A DNA stretch of 64,000 bases, taken from a virus. The stretch lies in the IMG/VR virus record IMGVR_UViG_3300045988_068596. One strand, given 5' to 3'. The number at the start of each line of letters is the position of its first letter. The stretch's first letter is position 1. Positions 28,645 through 38,222 of the stretch are shown here, piece by piece. The position numbers and the translations under genes are program-made. The notes under the pieces are model-generated. The model was not told where the DNA came from. It ran no database searches and worked only from the letters and a program-made list of their open reading frames with translations.

Positions 28645-29268
28645 CTATGTTCGTCTAACTATATTGATAGAGTCTGTATACCCATTTCTTCGTACCCACT
28701 CTGTATAACTGTTGTGCTCTTCTTGCGCAATTGCTTTTAAAGAACCGTACCACTTCTTGACCTCTTCCCGTTTTTTACGTTTGAATACTAATGATTTGTT
28801 TTTATCTATGACGTTGATAATCTTACTTACTCCACCAGTATTATCTATAAGCATTAATCGTGAAACGGTCGGTTTTGAGGGAAACATCTTTTTGCATTCC
28901 CTACATAATTCTTCTATTTGCCCACCTAATGCACGCAAATCTGATACTCTACGACCACAACGTATACACTCAGTTCCGTAAGCCTGCTCGAAATATTGTG
29001 CGTTAATACGAGGGAACTTTTGCGTAAGTCTTAAGTTAGTTGAAGGTGTTTTAACTCTTTTTCTTAGTACTGTTTTGTTTTTCTTAACCTTAACACTAAC
29101 TGGGTCATTACCATCAAAGTTAAAAGAAAAACTAATTGTTCCAGAAGGGTTAATTACCGGAGTAACTACATTGCGTTCTTCTCGGTCTGCTAACACCCGT
29201 ACATCTGTTATACGAGGACGGGTTTTCTTTGTGAATAATCGTCCTCGTGTGTAATCTATACCTTGCAT
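28645..29268 (-). CDS. basic Cys-ribbon protein
   Basis: CIRCGR...CRECKK. Confidence 0.4.
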   Translation of the reverse strand: MQGIDYTRGRLFTKKTRPRITDVRVLADREERNVVTPVINPSGTISFSFNFDGNDPVSVKVKKNKTVLRKRVKTPSTNLRLTQKFPRINAQYFEQAYGTECIRCGRRVSDLRALGGQIEELCRECKKMFPSKPTVSRLMLIDNTGGVSKIINVIDKNKSLVFKRKKREEVKKWYGSLKAIAQEEHNSYTEWVRRNGYTDSINIVRRT

Positions 29269-29269
29269 A

Positions 29270-30019
29270 TTACAAACCTAGCCATGAACGTACTTTGCTG
29301 AAAGGAGGTTTCTTTTCAGGTTCCTTGTACTCAGAGTTTGTACGTTTTAATTTATCATTGTAGTTATCTGCAAGTGTTAACAATTCATCAGGATTTACTG
29401 TTTCACAATAAAAAGCAATCTCTTCCCCAGTTAGCTCTCTATTTTCTTCAATCAATTTATCAAGAGTCAAATCACAATACTCATCTTCCCAGTCAGCTAA
29501 GAAGTACATACGTTCCATGACATAATCTGATGTTTCATCTAAGAATATACCGAATAGAATTGGGTCTTTATCTCGGTTATCTTTTGCTACTTGTTGACCT
29601 ACTTCATCTGTATAATCTGTAAACATAATAACTAAGCGGTCAAATTTATCTTGTACACGTTCGATTACAGGAACAACTTCATCTGGAATTTCACGGGGAA
29701 AATCTTTAAGGTCAGCTAGTTTAACTGAACGATTTTCCACATTTTCAATAAAGTTTTCAATATCTTCTGAATACACAAAAGTTGTAATGCCCATATCTCG
29801 AATTTCTTTTTCTAATTGGATTGTTCTAATATGATGGCGTAACAAAGAAATCTGTCTATCTTGCTTTGTTTTAATTGCCTTTTCTAACATACGTAATGCG
29901 TTTGCGTAATAACGGTCTAGGTCGGCATCTTGATTTTCCTTTTTATTTTGTTTTACTCGTTCGAAGAACTCTGTAGGTGATAGTTCTTCTAATGGTTTCG
30001 TTGTTAAGTTTTCAGTCAT
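29270..30019 (-). CDS. hypothetical protein
   Basis: start MTENLTT with RBS; the upstream extension in the ORF track lacks an RBS. Confidence 0.45.
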   Translation of the reverse strand: MTENLTTKPLEELSPTEFFERVKQNKKENQDADLDRYYANALRMLEKAIKTKQDRQISLLRHHIRTIQLEKEIRDMGITTFVYSEDIENFIENVENRSVKLADLKDFPREIPDEVVPVIERVQDKFDRLVIMFTDYTDEVGQQVAKDNRDKDPILFGIFLDETSDYVMERMYFLADWEDEYCDLTLDKLIEENRELTGEEIAFYCETVNPDELLTLADNYNDKLKRTNSEYKEPEKKPPFSKVRSWLGL

Positions 30020-30092
30020 GATACATCCTCCTAAAAAAATATTCCTTACAGGAAATAATATATCACCTGTAAGGAATAAAGTCAACACTATA

Positions 30093-30560
30093 TTAAAAAA
30101 TTGTTGTAAGCATTTGACTGTGGTCTAACGCTAAGACAGCATCCCCAGTAACACGCCCATCACGATATAGAATAATTGTAGTATCATCGGTTGAGATGTC
30201 TACTTTAGCCTCGTGAGAGGTGATGGTAAACCATACGTAATCACTATCAGATTCGTCTTCTTTACGTTCAGCATCTGACCGCATTTGAGCTATATACATT
30301 TGTGCAAGATTATGCCCAGAAGGGTCTCTATTAGGGTCTCCAAACACTGTAGATGGACTAATACCTTCTTCTTGTCCGTCTAATGAAACTGTTTCTAAAA
30401 TACTCTCAGCAAGCATATTAGGGGTATCTGTGGCTCCTAAAAAAGCGTTAGGTAATTCGTACACACCTTCTTGAACTCGGTGTAGTAAAATAGTAGCACC
30501 TACTTCTAATTGGTTCCTTAATACAACTAAAGAAACGTTAAATCCTACTTTTTCAATCAT
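30093..30560 (-). CDS. hypothetical protein
   Basis: ORF. Confidence 0.4.
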   Translation of the reverse strand: MIEKVGFNVSLVVLRNQLEVGATILLHRVQEGVYELPNAFLGATDTPNMLAESILETVSLDGQEEGISPSTVFGDPNRDPSGHNLAQMYIAQMRSDAERKEDESDSDYVWFTITSHEAKVDISTDDTTIILYRDGRVTGDAVLALDHSQMLTTIF

Positions 30561-30822
30561 GTTCTTTCCTCCATTTTTCCATTTCATTTATTTTATCAGG
30601 CAATGTTCTTCTTGTTAAACAGCCTGTAGTACTTACATGAAGCCTTTGAACTCCATTATTTTTGCCTAGAACTTCGTCTGCTTTCTTATAGAGCATGTCT
30701 GTATGTTTTGGACAAGCTATCTCATTAAAAGATGCTCCGTTATCTGCTACACTTACAATCCCATTTGCACAGAATCGACTACGACAACCTATACATTCAT
30801 TCGCTAGCTTCTTCATGAGCAA
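30553..30822 (-). CDS. Cys-rich small protein
   Basis: CIGCRSRFC...ACPKH. Confidence 0.4.
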   Translation of the reverse strand: MLMKKLANECIGCRSRFCANGIVSVADNGASFNEIACPKHTDMLYKKADEVLGKNNGVQRLHVSTTGCLTRRTLPDKINEMEKWRKEHD

Positions 30823-31126
30823 CCTCCCACTCTGTGGCTTCCCTTAACTGTAACTGTCTAGCTTCTTGTAAAGGGCTGATATAATCAGGTAACTCATCTA
30901 CCGGTGTAAAACGTTTTGTTCCGTCTTCAAGTATACCATAAAAATGGTCTGCCGGACGTGCAAAAACTGTGTTAGCATTTGGTGAATAAGGGTTAGGATA
31001 CATTCTTCGATACAACACTAACTGCTCCCCAGTCTCTGTATGAAGTACATCATCATATTCTAGTGTAGCATAATAAGCACCCTTATAATGACGAAACCAC
31101 GTTCCGGCTCTATGCTTATATTCCAT
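30797..31126 (-). CDS. DUF1653-like protein
   Basis: WFRHYKGAYY...VLYRRMY pattern. Confidence 0.4.
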   Translation of the reverse strand: MEYKHRAGTWFRHYKGAYYATLEYDDVLHTETGEQLVLYRRMYPNPYSPNANTVFARPADHFYGILEDGTKRFTPVDELPDYISPLQEARQLQLREATEWEVAHEEASE

Positions 31127-31154
31127 TCCTCTTCCCCCTAAAGAAAAGCTAGCA

Positions 31155-31898
31155 CTAGGCTAGCTCTTTATTTTTACCTTTGGTTAATTTACCACTTTCA
31201 TCATACCACGCATAGATGGCAGTTACAACATTTGTTTGATATAAAACATCTCTAATTGCGAACCAGTAGTTACCAGAACCGAAATCTAGTAAGAACCAGA
31301 AGAAGTTACTTGCAAACCATCCCCACCATGAAAAGTCGATTCGCATAATCATTAAGAATTGAGATACGATTCCTAGTAAGTAAGCAATAATGTTACCCCA
31401 ATACATGATGTTACCCATTAGGGAACCATCTGTAGTAAAACCAATTTTATCTCCGTACATAATTAAGACAATTAAACCTACAATTGTGAATGCTAAAGTA
31501 AATACTACCCAAAAAGCGTTCATCTTACCTACTTTAATACGCCCATCTTCATCTTGATTGGATTCTTTTGTCCACTCTTTTAACCCGATAATGTGTGTAA
31601 TACCGTAGTAAATACCTGCAAAAGCCAAACCGAAGTTCCCAAACATAGTATTAATAATGATTTCACCAACGTTAGAACTAATACCTAAGATATTTCCCAT
31701 TTTAGGATAACGGTCTGCTAAAGATACCACACAAGGTACACCTAAGCAGTATGCTGTGATATAAAATAACCAGTTAGTTTTATCTGACCAGTCGGTAACA
31801 AACACCCCCACAACCAGTCCCAGTACCACCAAAGTGATTGCGTACTGTTTGCGCCACTTCCCATTAGCTAGTGAAATATTGTCCATAAATGTTTTCAT
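31155..31898 (-). CDS. pnuC: PnuC-family nicotinamide riboside transporter
   Basis: about 7 TM helices, 247 aa, Trp-rich helices typical of PnuC; adjacent to nadR. Confidence 0.55.
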   Translation of the reverse strand: MKTFMDNISLANGKWRKQYAITLVVLGLVVGVFVTDWSDKTNWLFYITAYCLGVPCVVSLADRYPKMGNILGISSNVGEIIINTMFGNFGLAFAGIYYGITHIIGLKEWTKESNQDEDGRIKVGKMNAFWVVFTLAFTIVGLIVLIMYGDKIGFTTDGSLMGNIMYWGNIIAYLLGIVSQFLMIMRIDFSWWGWFASNFFWFLLDFGSGNYWFAIRDVLYQTNVVTAIYAWYDESGKLTKGKNKELA

Positions 31899-31899
31899 A

Positions 31900-32265
31900 T
31901 TATTTCTCCTCCTTTGTTTTTGCCCAAGAAATTATAACTACTCTTACCGGTTCCCCATTGATGTAAATATGCGTTTTAGTATTTACTGTAAAACCTCTTT
32001 CTGCCAAAACCTCCGACAGAACTTGCTCCTGACTATAAAACATCTTCCACGCTAACGCATTTTTATTTGAAGCTAAAATTAATTCTCTACTATGGGGAGC
32101 CTGTTCCTTGATTAAACCTAAAATGTAATTAAGCTCTTTTCTATAGTTTTCTTTCGCATAGAGCTGTCTAGCACTTTCAGCATTAAAGTCTGCCAACTTT
32201 CTCTCTTCTACTAGCCCATTTAAAAACTCATCTGCCCAAGAAGATTCTTCTTTTTCACTCATCAT
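31900..32265 (-). CDS. hypothetical protein
   Basis: ORF between pnuC and nadR. Confidence 0.4.
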   Translation of the reverse strand: MMSEKEESSWADEFLNGLVEERKLADFNAESARQLYAKENYRKELNYILGLIKEQAPHSRELILASNKNALAWKMFYSQEQVLSEVLAERGFTVNTKTHIYINGEPVRVVIISWAKTKEEK

Positions 32266-33389
32266 ATCTCCTCCTTGTTAGTCCAAATTTCGTCCACATA
32301 TAATTGCAATGTATCAACTGTAGTTCCTTCTAGGTACTTTTCGATAATTTTCTTGCAAAGTTCATAACGAGTTTCATAATCACTCGCAGTTACCTCCACA
32401 TATGGGATATGATTCTCCGCATATAATCTCTTCAACAGGTTTTGGAAGTCTTGTCTACGTTTTTCATCACCGATTAAACGCATACCATCATCTACCCATT
32501 TAGTCGAATTATCTAGCAAAATAACCAAGTCAAAGCGGTCATTGTCAATCTTATCTTGTACAGATGGATGGGGTTTTCCTTCATACGTAATACAAAAGGC
32601 TTGTGTAGCTACGTAGTCTGTATCTGAAATAGTAAATCTATTAGCATTACGTCTTGCAAATCTAACATCTTGATAGTGACCATTAGCAATTGCTTGGTAG
32701 TCACTGTACTGTAACGCACTCTCATCTCCGCCTAATTCAAGTTCACAGTAGTTACGACCGTATTCCCAAACAGTCGTAGTAGCAAAGTAGTTACCTAGCT
32801 TATCTACCATCAAAGTTTTACCACTAGACTCTCCTCCTGCAATTACAATTGTAGGAGCCAATGCTTCCCGGCTAGCACGAGGTAGATAGTCCCAGTACTT
32901 AATAGGGTTGTTACGTACTTTTGTTGCACTAATGTTAACATTAGAACGCTCTGGGTCTACTAACGTAGTAGGACAGCCAAAGTATTTTTGGTACCCTTCC
33001 GCATCCTGTGGTTCACTTGAAAAGAAGGTTGCTTCTTCCCAATCAAAACCTCTTTCAGCCAACACACGATTACCTGTTACAGTCTCTTTCACAAGGTTTG
33101 CCCATGCTTCCCATCCGTTAGGATACTCTGGAATGCTTGATTCATCTACGAGTACAGGAATGATAACATCTCGTTGAACTTGAAAAGTCTTTTGAACAAT
33201 TCGTAGTTTGTCTCGTGCTGTTAGTGGACGTTTCATGTTAGAATCCATGTATAAACGGTCATCTCTACTGTCTGAGTGGCTTACCACTACAACAAGAGTC
33301 TCTACTTGTGTGCTTGCTTTTTGAATCATATCTACATGTCCTTTGTGTAAGGGATAGAATTTCCCAACTACTACTCCGAACTTTTTCAT
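32262..33389 (-). CDS. nadR: NadR-like bifunctional NMN adenylyltransferase / ribosylnicotinamide kinase
   Basis: N-terminal GKFYPLHKGH (HxGH nucleotidyltransferase) and a downstream Walker A GGESSGKT (RNK domain). Confidence 0.7.
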   Translation of the reverse strand: MKKFGVVVGKFYPLHKGHVDMIQKASTQVETLVVVVSHSDSRDDRLYMDSNMKRPLTARDKLRIVQKTFQVQRDVIIPVLVDESSIPEYPNGWEAWANLVKETVTGNRVLAERGFDWEEATFFSSEPQDAEGYQKYFGCPTTLVDPERSNVNISATKVRNNPIKYWDYLPRASREALAPTIVIAGGESSGKTLMVDKLGNYFATTTVWEYGRNYCELELGGDESALQYSDYQAIANGHYQDVRFARRNANRFTISDTDYVATQAFCITYEGKPHPSVQDKIDNDRFDLVILLDNSTKWVDDGMRLIGDEKRRQDFQNLLKRLYAENHIPYVEVTASDYETRYELCKKIIEKYLEGTTVDTLQLYVDEIWTNKEEI

Positions 33390-33443
33390 ACCTTATTCCT
33401 CCTTTTAGGTATTTTTTACTATAATTAATTATACCACACTTTA

Positions 33444-34181
33444 CTAGTTATTTTCAATATAAAAATAGCCATAAATTAAACCAATTGTTAGTGCAATCCA
33501 CCCGATAACAATTAATATCGTAGAAAGGATTCCTTTAGACAATTTGGACTCAACAAATTTATCATATGCAGTATAAGAAACGTTAATAGCGCTGTCTTTA
33601 CCTCTAACTGACTGTAACCCATTTTCACTAGCATCCGCAAGGAAAGTTAAATGTAACTTCTTAGGTACGCCATAGTAGGTAATACGTACATCTGATGATA
33701 AGTACTTAGTAGTTATATACTTGCCATCGAACCCAGTAAACTTGTTAAAATCGTATATATGGTCGTGTACTTTAACTTTATCAACCTGTTTAGTTTTAGA
33801 ACCATAGTACACCCATTCCCAGTAAGTTTCTGTTTTAGTTTTTGTGTTACCTTTCTCGTCTACATAACTAACTGTTCTAGTCCGCATCTCATAGTGTTCC
33901 TCTTCTGCAACAACTTTCATGTATTCTCCACCAATACGAGGAAACGTTACTGGTTTTATTGCTGTGAAATCACTATGCGTATAAAAGATACCTTGTTGTG
34001 TATCTAACACGTAATCATACGTTTCTTTATCATCTGCCGGAATAGCGGTTTCGTACATTTGATTCGATTTTATCCGGTTCTCTTCTACTTTTCCATGTAC
34101 CCATATTCCTAGTAAACTAGTTAAGGTAACAATTAGCATAGGAATAATGATGAACCGGATTCTACCGTCCACCCGTATCAT
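33444..34181 (-). CDS. membrane protein (N- and C-terminal TM)
   Basis: hydrophobic termini; sits with the LemA gene. Confidence 0.45.
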   Translation of the reverse strand: MIRVDGRIRFIIIPMLIVTLTSLLGIWVHGKVEENRIKSNQMYETAIPADDKETYDYVLDTQQGIFYTHSDFTAIKPVTFPRIGGEYMKVVAEEEHYEMRTRTVSYVDEKGNTKTKTETYWEWVYYGSKTKQVDKVKVHDHIYDFNKFTGFDGKYITTKYLSSDVRITYYGVPKKLHLTFLADASENGLQSVRGKDSAINVSYTAYDKFVESKLSKGILSTILIVIGWIALTIGLIYGYFYIENN

Positions 34182-34726
34182 TTGCTAAACAGGTCTGTAT
34201 GACCTTTAGGCTCCACAGGGATTGTTAACAATTCATAATCTTGTACTTCATACCCTTGCAGTGCAAGTAACTTACGATTTAAGAAAGTTCTAGTAAATCG
34301 TTTATAATCTGAAATTTGTCGGTTATAAGCTTTACGATGACTAGCAACTCGATTCTCTGTAATACTGAACTCCTTCATTGCTTGTTTGTAATTATCCTGT
34401 GATTTAAGTTCTGGATACTTTTCGACTACTGCATTTAAAGTCGTTTTAGCTGAGTCTACTTTACCAGTTTCTGCTTGTTGTCTTGCTTTAACAATAAGCT
34501 CTAATGTACTCTTTTCGTAGTTATTATAGCTCTCAATAGCATCTACTAAATTTTGAAACAAATCTACTCGTCTGTTTTCCTCAGTATTTAAATCACCATA
34601 GGCTTGCTCAATAGATACTTCGTAACTGATAGCTCTATTTTCTACATGTTTTACTCCAAAAAATGCAACAATACCTAATAATAAAACCCCTACTAGTGAA
34701 ACAATAATTGTATTCGCTTTATTCAT
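34178..34726 (-). CDS. LemA-family protein
   Basis: N-terminal TM plus a LemA-like helical domain. Confidence 0.55.
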   Translation of the reverse strand: MNKANTIIVSLVGVLLLGIVAFFGVKHVENRAISYEVSIEQAYGDLNTEENRRVDLFQNLVDAIESYNNYEKSTLELIVKARQQAETGKVDSAKTTLNAVVEKYPELKSQDNYKQAMKEFSITENRVASHRKAYNRQISDYKRFTRTFLNRKLLALQGYEVQDYELLTIPVEPKGHTDLFSK

Positions 34727-35096
34727 GCGCTTTTCCTCCTAAGAACTGTTTAAGAATTTCTCTCCAATTGACATATTCTGTTGTATGTCCTTTGTCATCA
34801 ATGTAAACATCTGCACCAAGCTTACGGCTGTTATTTCCATATGCTTTCATTAAATCTGGATGATTCTCATTGATGTAGTGATAGTTAATACCACATTCTG
34901 CCAAAAACCTTTTTGCTTGTTCTAACTCTTCGCCTTCACGACATGTCCATATAAGAATTTGTTTTCCTGACTTGTATAGGCTGTTAATCACTTCTTTTGC
35001 ATGTGGTTGTAGCCCTACAATATTTGGAAATTCACTTCTTACAATAGTGTCATCAAAGTCGATAGCTATGTATTTGCACTTTGATAAATCTTTCAT
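34719..35096 (-). CDS. HAD-superfamily phosphatase / 5'-nucleotidase
   Basis: IAIDFDDTIV (DxDxT) motif. Confidence 0.6.
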   Translation of the reverse strand: MKDLSKCKYIAIDFDDTIVRSEFPNIVGLQPHAKEVINSLYKSGKQILIWTCREGEELEQAKRFLAECGINYHYINENHPDLMKAYGNNSRKLGADVYIDDKGHTTEYVNWREILKQFLGGKAHE

Positions 35097-35190
35097 TTGT
35101 TTCTCCTTTCAAATAAAAAAGGTATACCCTTCTTTGCTACAAGAATAAGTATACCTTATGAGTATCACTAAGTCAACACTATCTTACAAA

Positions 35191-35430
35191 TTATTTGTAA
35201 GAATTTTTTATTTCTTTGATTTTTCCCATTTGTACGCCCGTAAAACTAATACCTGTAGATGTTTCTACGTAAGGTAATGAAGTTACGGACTTACTAACTA
35301 AATAATCTCTGGCTGTTGGGTCTTCATCAATGTTTCGTTCTTCAAAGAGAATTTTCTCCCCTTCAAGCATACGTTTCACGAATGTACACTGACCACAACC
35401 ATTTTTTGAGTAGACTGTTACTTTAGGCAT
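35191..35430 (-). CDS. nrdH: glutaredoxin-like NrdH redoxin
   Basis: 79 aa with a CGQC redox motif. Confidence 0.55.
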   Translation of the reverse strand: MPKVTVYSKNGCGQCTFVKRMLEGEKILFEERNIDEDPTARDYLVSKSVTSLPYVETSTGISFTGVQMGKIKEIKNSYK

Positions 35431-36187
35431 GAGGAACCTCCTTTTTAAACCATTTAGAGTTTGTAAATGCTAATACGTCATTTGCTAGGTATAACATGTA
35501 AGTTAGCATTAGTACATAAACTGCATGTCCATGTAAAGCTGTTTGAATCCATAGAGCTACTGACATTAGTCCTTGGAAAGTCCAGAAGTAATATTGTGCT
35601 CTAAAGCCTTTCACACACAGTACAGCTCCAACTAAACCAATCATTGCACTTGTTGCATCTAAGAAAGCCTGCGGTGAATGTAAAACAACCGTATCTAATA
35701 AGTATAAAGCAACCCAGAAAACAACAATAAGACCTAATGTTTTAAGCATGTGTACAGGTTGCATTTTACGAGGTTTCAAACCCTCATTCCATTGTTTAGA
35801 GAAGATGATAGGAATATCTAACAAAACAATATAAGCAGTTTGCATAATAATATCACTGTAGTTACCTGTTACAGTTGCTACACCGATTAATAGAATAGCA
35901 GAAATAAACCCTAAAATACCATTAATTGATTTACCCATTGTAATTGTTACAGTACATGTAAATCCAATAATTCCTGCAATTGTAGCAGTAAACCCTGTCA
36001 TTGTTAACCCTTGACCTTGTAGCATAGGTAGAATAATACCGGTAAATACTTGGACTGCCATTCCGACAAACCATAATACACGAGCTGATTTATTCCAACC
36101 AGTTAAACCATCTTTATAATATTCGTAAGTGAATAATTTTTCAATATTTCCTTTGTTATCTTTCCAAAACTTTTTTAACTTGTCCAT
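35423..36187 (-). CDS. PnuC-like membrane transporter (possible nucleoside uptake)
   Basis: 7-TM, PnuC-like; adjacent to a deoxynucleoside kinase. Confidence 0.45.
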   Translation of the reverse strand: MDKLKKFWKDNKGNIEKLFTYEYYKDGLTGWNKSARVLWFVGMAVQVFTGIILPMLQGQGLTMTGFTATIAGIIGFTCTVTITMGKSINGILGFISAILLIGVATVTGNYSDIIMQTAYIVLLDIPIIFSKQWNEGLKPRKMQPVHMLKTLGLIVVFWVALYLLDTVVLHSPQAFLDATSAMIGLVGAVLCVKGFRAQYYFWTFQGLMSVALWIQTALHGHAVYVLMLTYMLYLANDVLAFTNSKWFKKEVPHA

Positions 36188-36204
36188 TTGTTATTTTTCC
36201 TCCA

Positions 36205-37026
36205 TTAAATAGCTTTCTCTAGTGTGTATAAGTCTTGATTGTCAGTAAACTTGCTTAATTCATGGAAAGGTAGTTTACCCTCTAATCTATTATATAGCTT
36301 CAATGCAACTTGTGTAGCGTGGTCTTTACACCAAGGTAAGCCGTTTAACTCACATAAACATTTAACTGTATCTACAGTAGATAGTGCCCCGACTTCACAC
36401 AACTTACTCAAAATAATTGTTAACAAGTAAACACGGTCTCCCTTATCATTCACAAAGTCTTTATCTGTTACATCTAAAACAATTTTAGGGAATCCCATAT
36501 CTTTTTGTAACCAATTTTGATAGTTCTCATGATGGCGTTTAAAGTATTCGTATAATTCAGTACCCTCTTCTACTTTCTCAAACTCACGGGCACGTGCATT
36601 GATTCGTTTGATTTCTTCTTCAAAAGAACAATTTAATACAATCATTAAATCGGGAGTCTTTTTAGGTAATGGTTCTAATTCTTTTAACATACGATTAAGC
36701 AATCGGTGATAAACTCCCTGTTCCATTTCTGTAACATGACCCTCTTGTACTAGTTGGTCTAAGAAGATACTGTCTTCAAAAATAGAACGGTCTAAAATAC
36801 CGTTATCTACACTCATAGCTTCTTGAATCATTTCGAAGCGTTTAGATAGCATATCTATTTGGAAAAGTAGTCCATACTTTGCTTTATCTTGGTAGAACAA
36901 TTCAAGCATTGGATTTTCCTCTACCGGTTCATAAACTGCTTTTGTGTTTAAAAGATTTGCTAATATTTCTGTCATTGATGATTTACCTACACCAATAACT
37001 CCGGCTAATGTAATTATCATAACCAT
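36205..37026 (-). CDS. deoxynucleoside kinase
   Basis: P-loop GVIGVGKSS; E-P-V and LDRSIFED (DRS) motifs of the dNK/dCK/dGK family. Confidence 0.75.
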   Translation of the reverse strand: MVMIITLAGVIGVGKSSMTEILANLLNTKAVYEPVEENPMLELFYQDKAKYGLLFQIDMLSKRFEMIQEAMSVDNGILDRSIFEDSIFLDQLVQEGHVTEMEQGVYHRLLNRMLKELEPLPKKTPDLMIVLNCSFEEEIKRINARAREFEKVEEGTELYEYFKRHHENYQNWLQKDMGFPKIVLDVTDKDFVNDKGDRVYLLTIILSKLCEVGALSTVDTVKCLCELNGLPWCKDHATQVALKLYNRLEGKLPFHELSKFTDNQDLYTLEKAI

Positions 37027-37092
37027 CTCCTCTAACTTTTTCTTATTTTTGACAATATTAAGAGCCTGACTAGCAGGCTCTAATAAACCTTA

Positions 37093-37166
37093 CATATGTT
37101 TCACACGTGCATCTATTTCTTTTTTACGTCCGTGTGCATTAGGACGAGCTTGTGGTTGACCCAAAT
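37093..37166 (-). CDS. nrdD: nrdD exon 2 (C-terminal 25 codons restoring the glycyl-radical motif)
   Basis: Joining ...CAG TGT GGG T | AT TTG GGT CAA... gives RQCGYLGQPQARPNAHGRKKEIDARVKHM*. Compare E. coli RRTCGYLGSPDARPFNAGKKEEVKRRVKH. Confidence 0.7.
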
Positions 37167-38222
37167 CCTTAATACCCTCGGTTTCCCGATATTTATTAGG
37201 GGAGTAGACTATACCTTAGACAACAAAACTTTGAACTTTTTCTTGATAATATCTAACGATAACGGGAAATAGCGTACAACAATAGCAAATAGTTTTTCGT
37301 TCTCTTGACTGCTAGCACCTAGGTTTACTCTTTTAATGCCATGTTCATAGAACCTTACGCCCGTTTTAGCGTACCATTGGTCGATTAAAGCTTGGCGCTC
37401 TTCGTCAGTCCAATTGTAAGTTGTAATGCAGAAGCGCCCCTTAGTCCGCTCCTTATTAGAATAAGCAAACCAACCATCGTCAAGTAAATGGATAATAAGA
37501 CCCAGTTCGTCTAACTCCTTAATAACTTCCAATCTTGTCATCTGCTTATACGGAAGTAATGATGGGGTAGTTAGCGTTGTAAATTCTTTTGCATCCGAAA
37601 ATCTGCAATCATTCTGGTTCTTATCGTAAATAGTCGAGTTTTCTGTAAGTTCACCTAACGATTGGTATTTCCATCGTAAGTAATCCGCTTCACCTAAAGC
37701 ATGACACTCAGAATATTGCACATTATGCCTTCCGTTAAGTTTAAACCGACCATCACCTAACCAACCACCTAATAATACTTGGTGCTGTATTGGATTGATG
37801 TTTACTTCCTTGTTGTGGGGTTGTTGCTTCTTAAACCTACGCCCTATTTCGTAAACTTGGTGTACTGTACAGTTATATTGGTTTGCTAAATTCTGTGCAG
37901 TAGTTGTTCCATATTTTTTTGCTATTTCCTGTTGTATGTTTTTATCAAGTTGTTTAGTCATTTTGTAGCCTCCGTGATTATAGTCGTTGAGCGTTATTCC
38001 TTATATGTCTAGTATAACATAAAACCTAACTAACTGATTTTACGTTTAAATAAGGAATCTTCGTTGCGGATTTACCAATCTCCAACTCTTTTACCATACC
38101 TGAGTGGTTAGTTCAGCCCCTGTATGTATTACTACTACAGGTTGGTGTTTGGAGCTATAAGGTAGTTCCCGTCAATTTACACGGTTTATTATAGTGTGAG
38201 CCTTTAGGCTATTATTTTTTTA
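37167..38222 (-). mobile_element. group I intron in nrdD (intron ends in G, upstream exon ends in U) carrying a LAGLIDADG homing endonuclease
   Basis: nrdD frame is interrupted right after Cys-Gly of the CGY glycyl-radical motif and resumes 1056 nt downstream; ORF inside. Confidence 0.65.
37209..37961 (-). CDS. LAGLIDADG homing endonuclease (intron-encoded)
   Basis: two LAGLIDADG-like motifs (VLLGGWLGDG and IIHLLDDGW). Confidence 0.65.
   Translation of the reverse strand: MTKQLDKNIQQEIAKKYGTTTAQNLANQYNCTVHQVYEIGRRFKKQQPHNKEVNINPIQHQVLLGGWLGDGRFKLNGRHNVQYSECHALGEADYLRWKYQSLGELTENSTIYDKNQNDCRFSDAKEFTTLTTPSLLPYKQMTRLEVIKELDELGLIIHLLDDGWFAYSNKERTKGRFCITTYNWTDEERQALIDQWYAKTGVRFYEHGIKRVNLGASSQENEKLFAIVVRYFPLSLDIIKKKFKVLLSKV

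Noticed and set aside
28645-29268. Free-standing homing endonuclease between thyA-like and the downstream genes
   Set aside because: Only a Cys ribbon and basic composition are visible. No HNH, GIY-YIG or LAGLIDADG motifs could be seen by eye, so it is left as hypothetical.
29270-30088. N-terminal extension MLTLFLTGDILF... of the 272-aa ORF
   Set aside because: There is no RBS; the internal start MTENLTT has a proper RBS.
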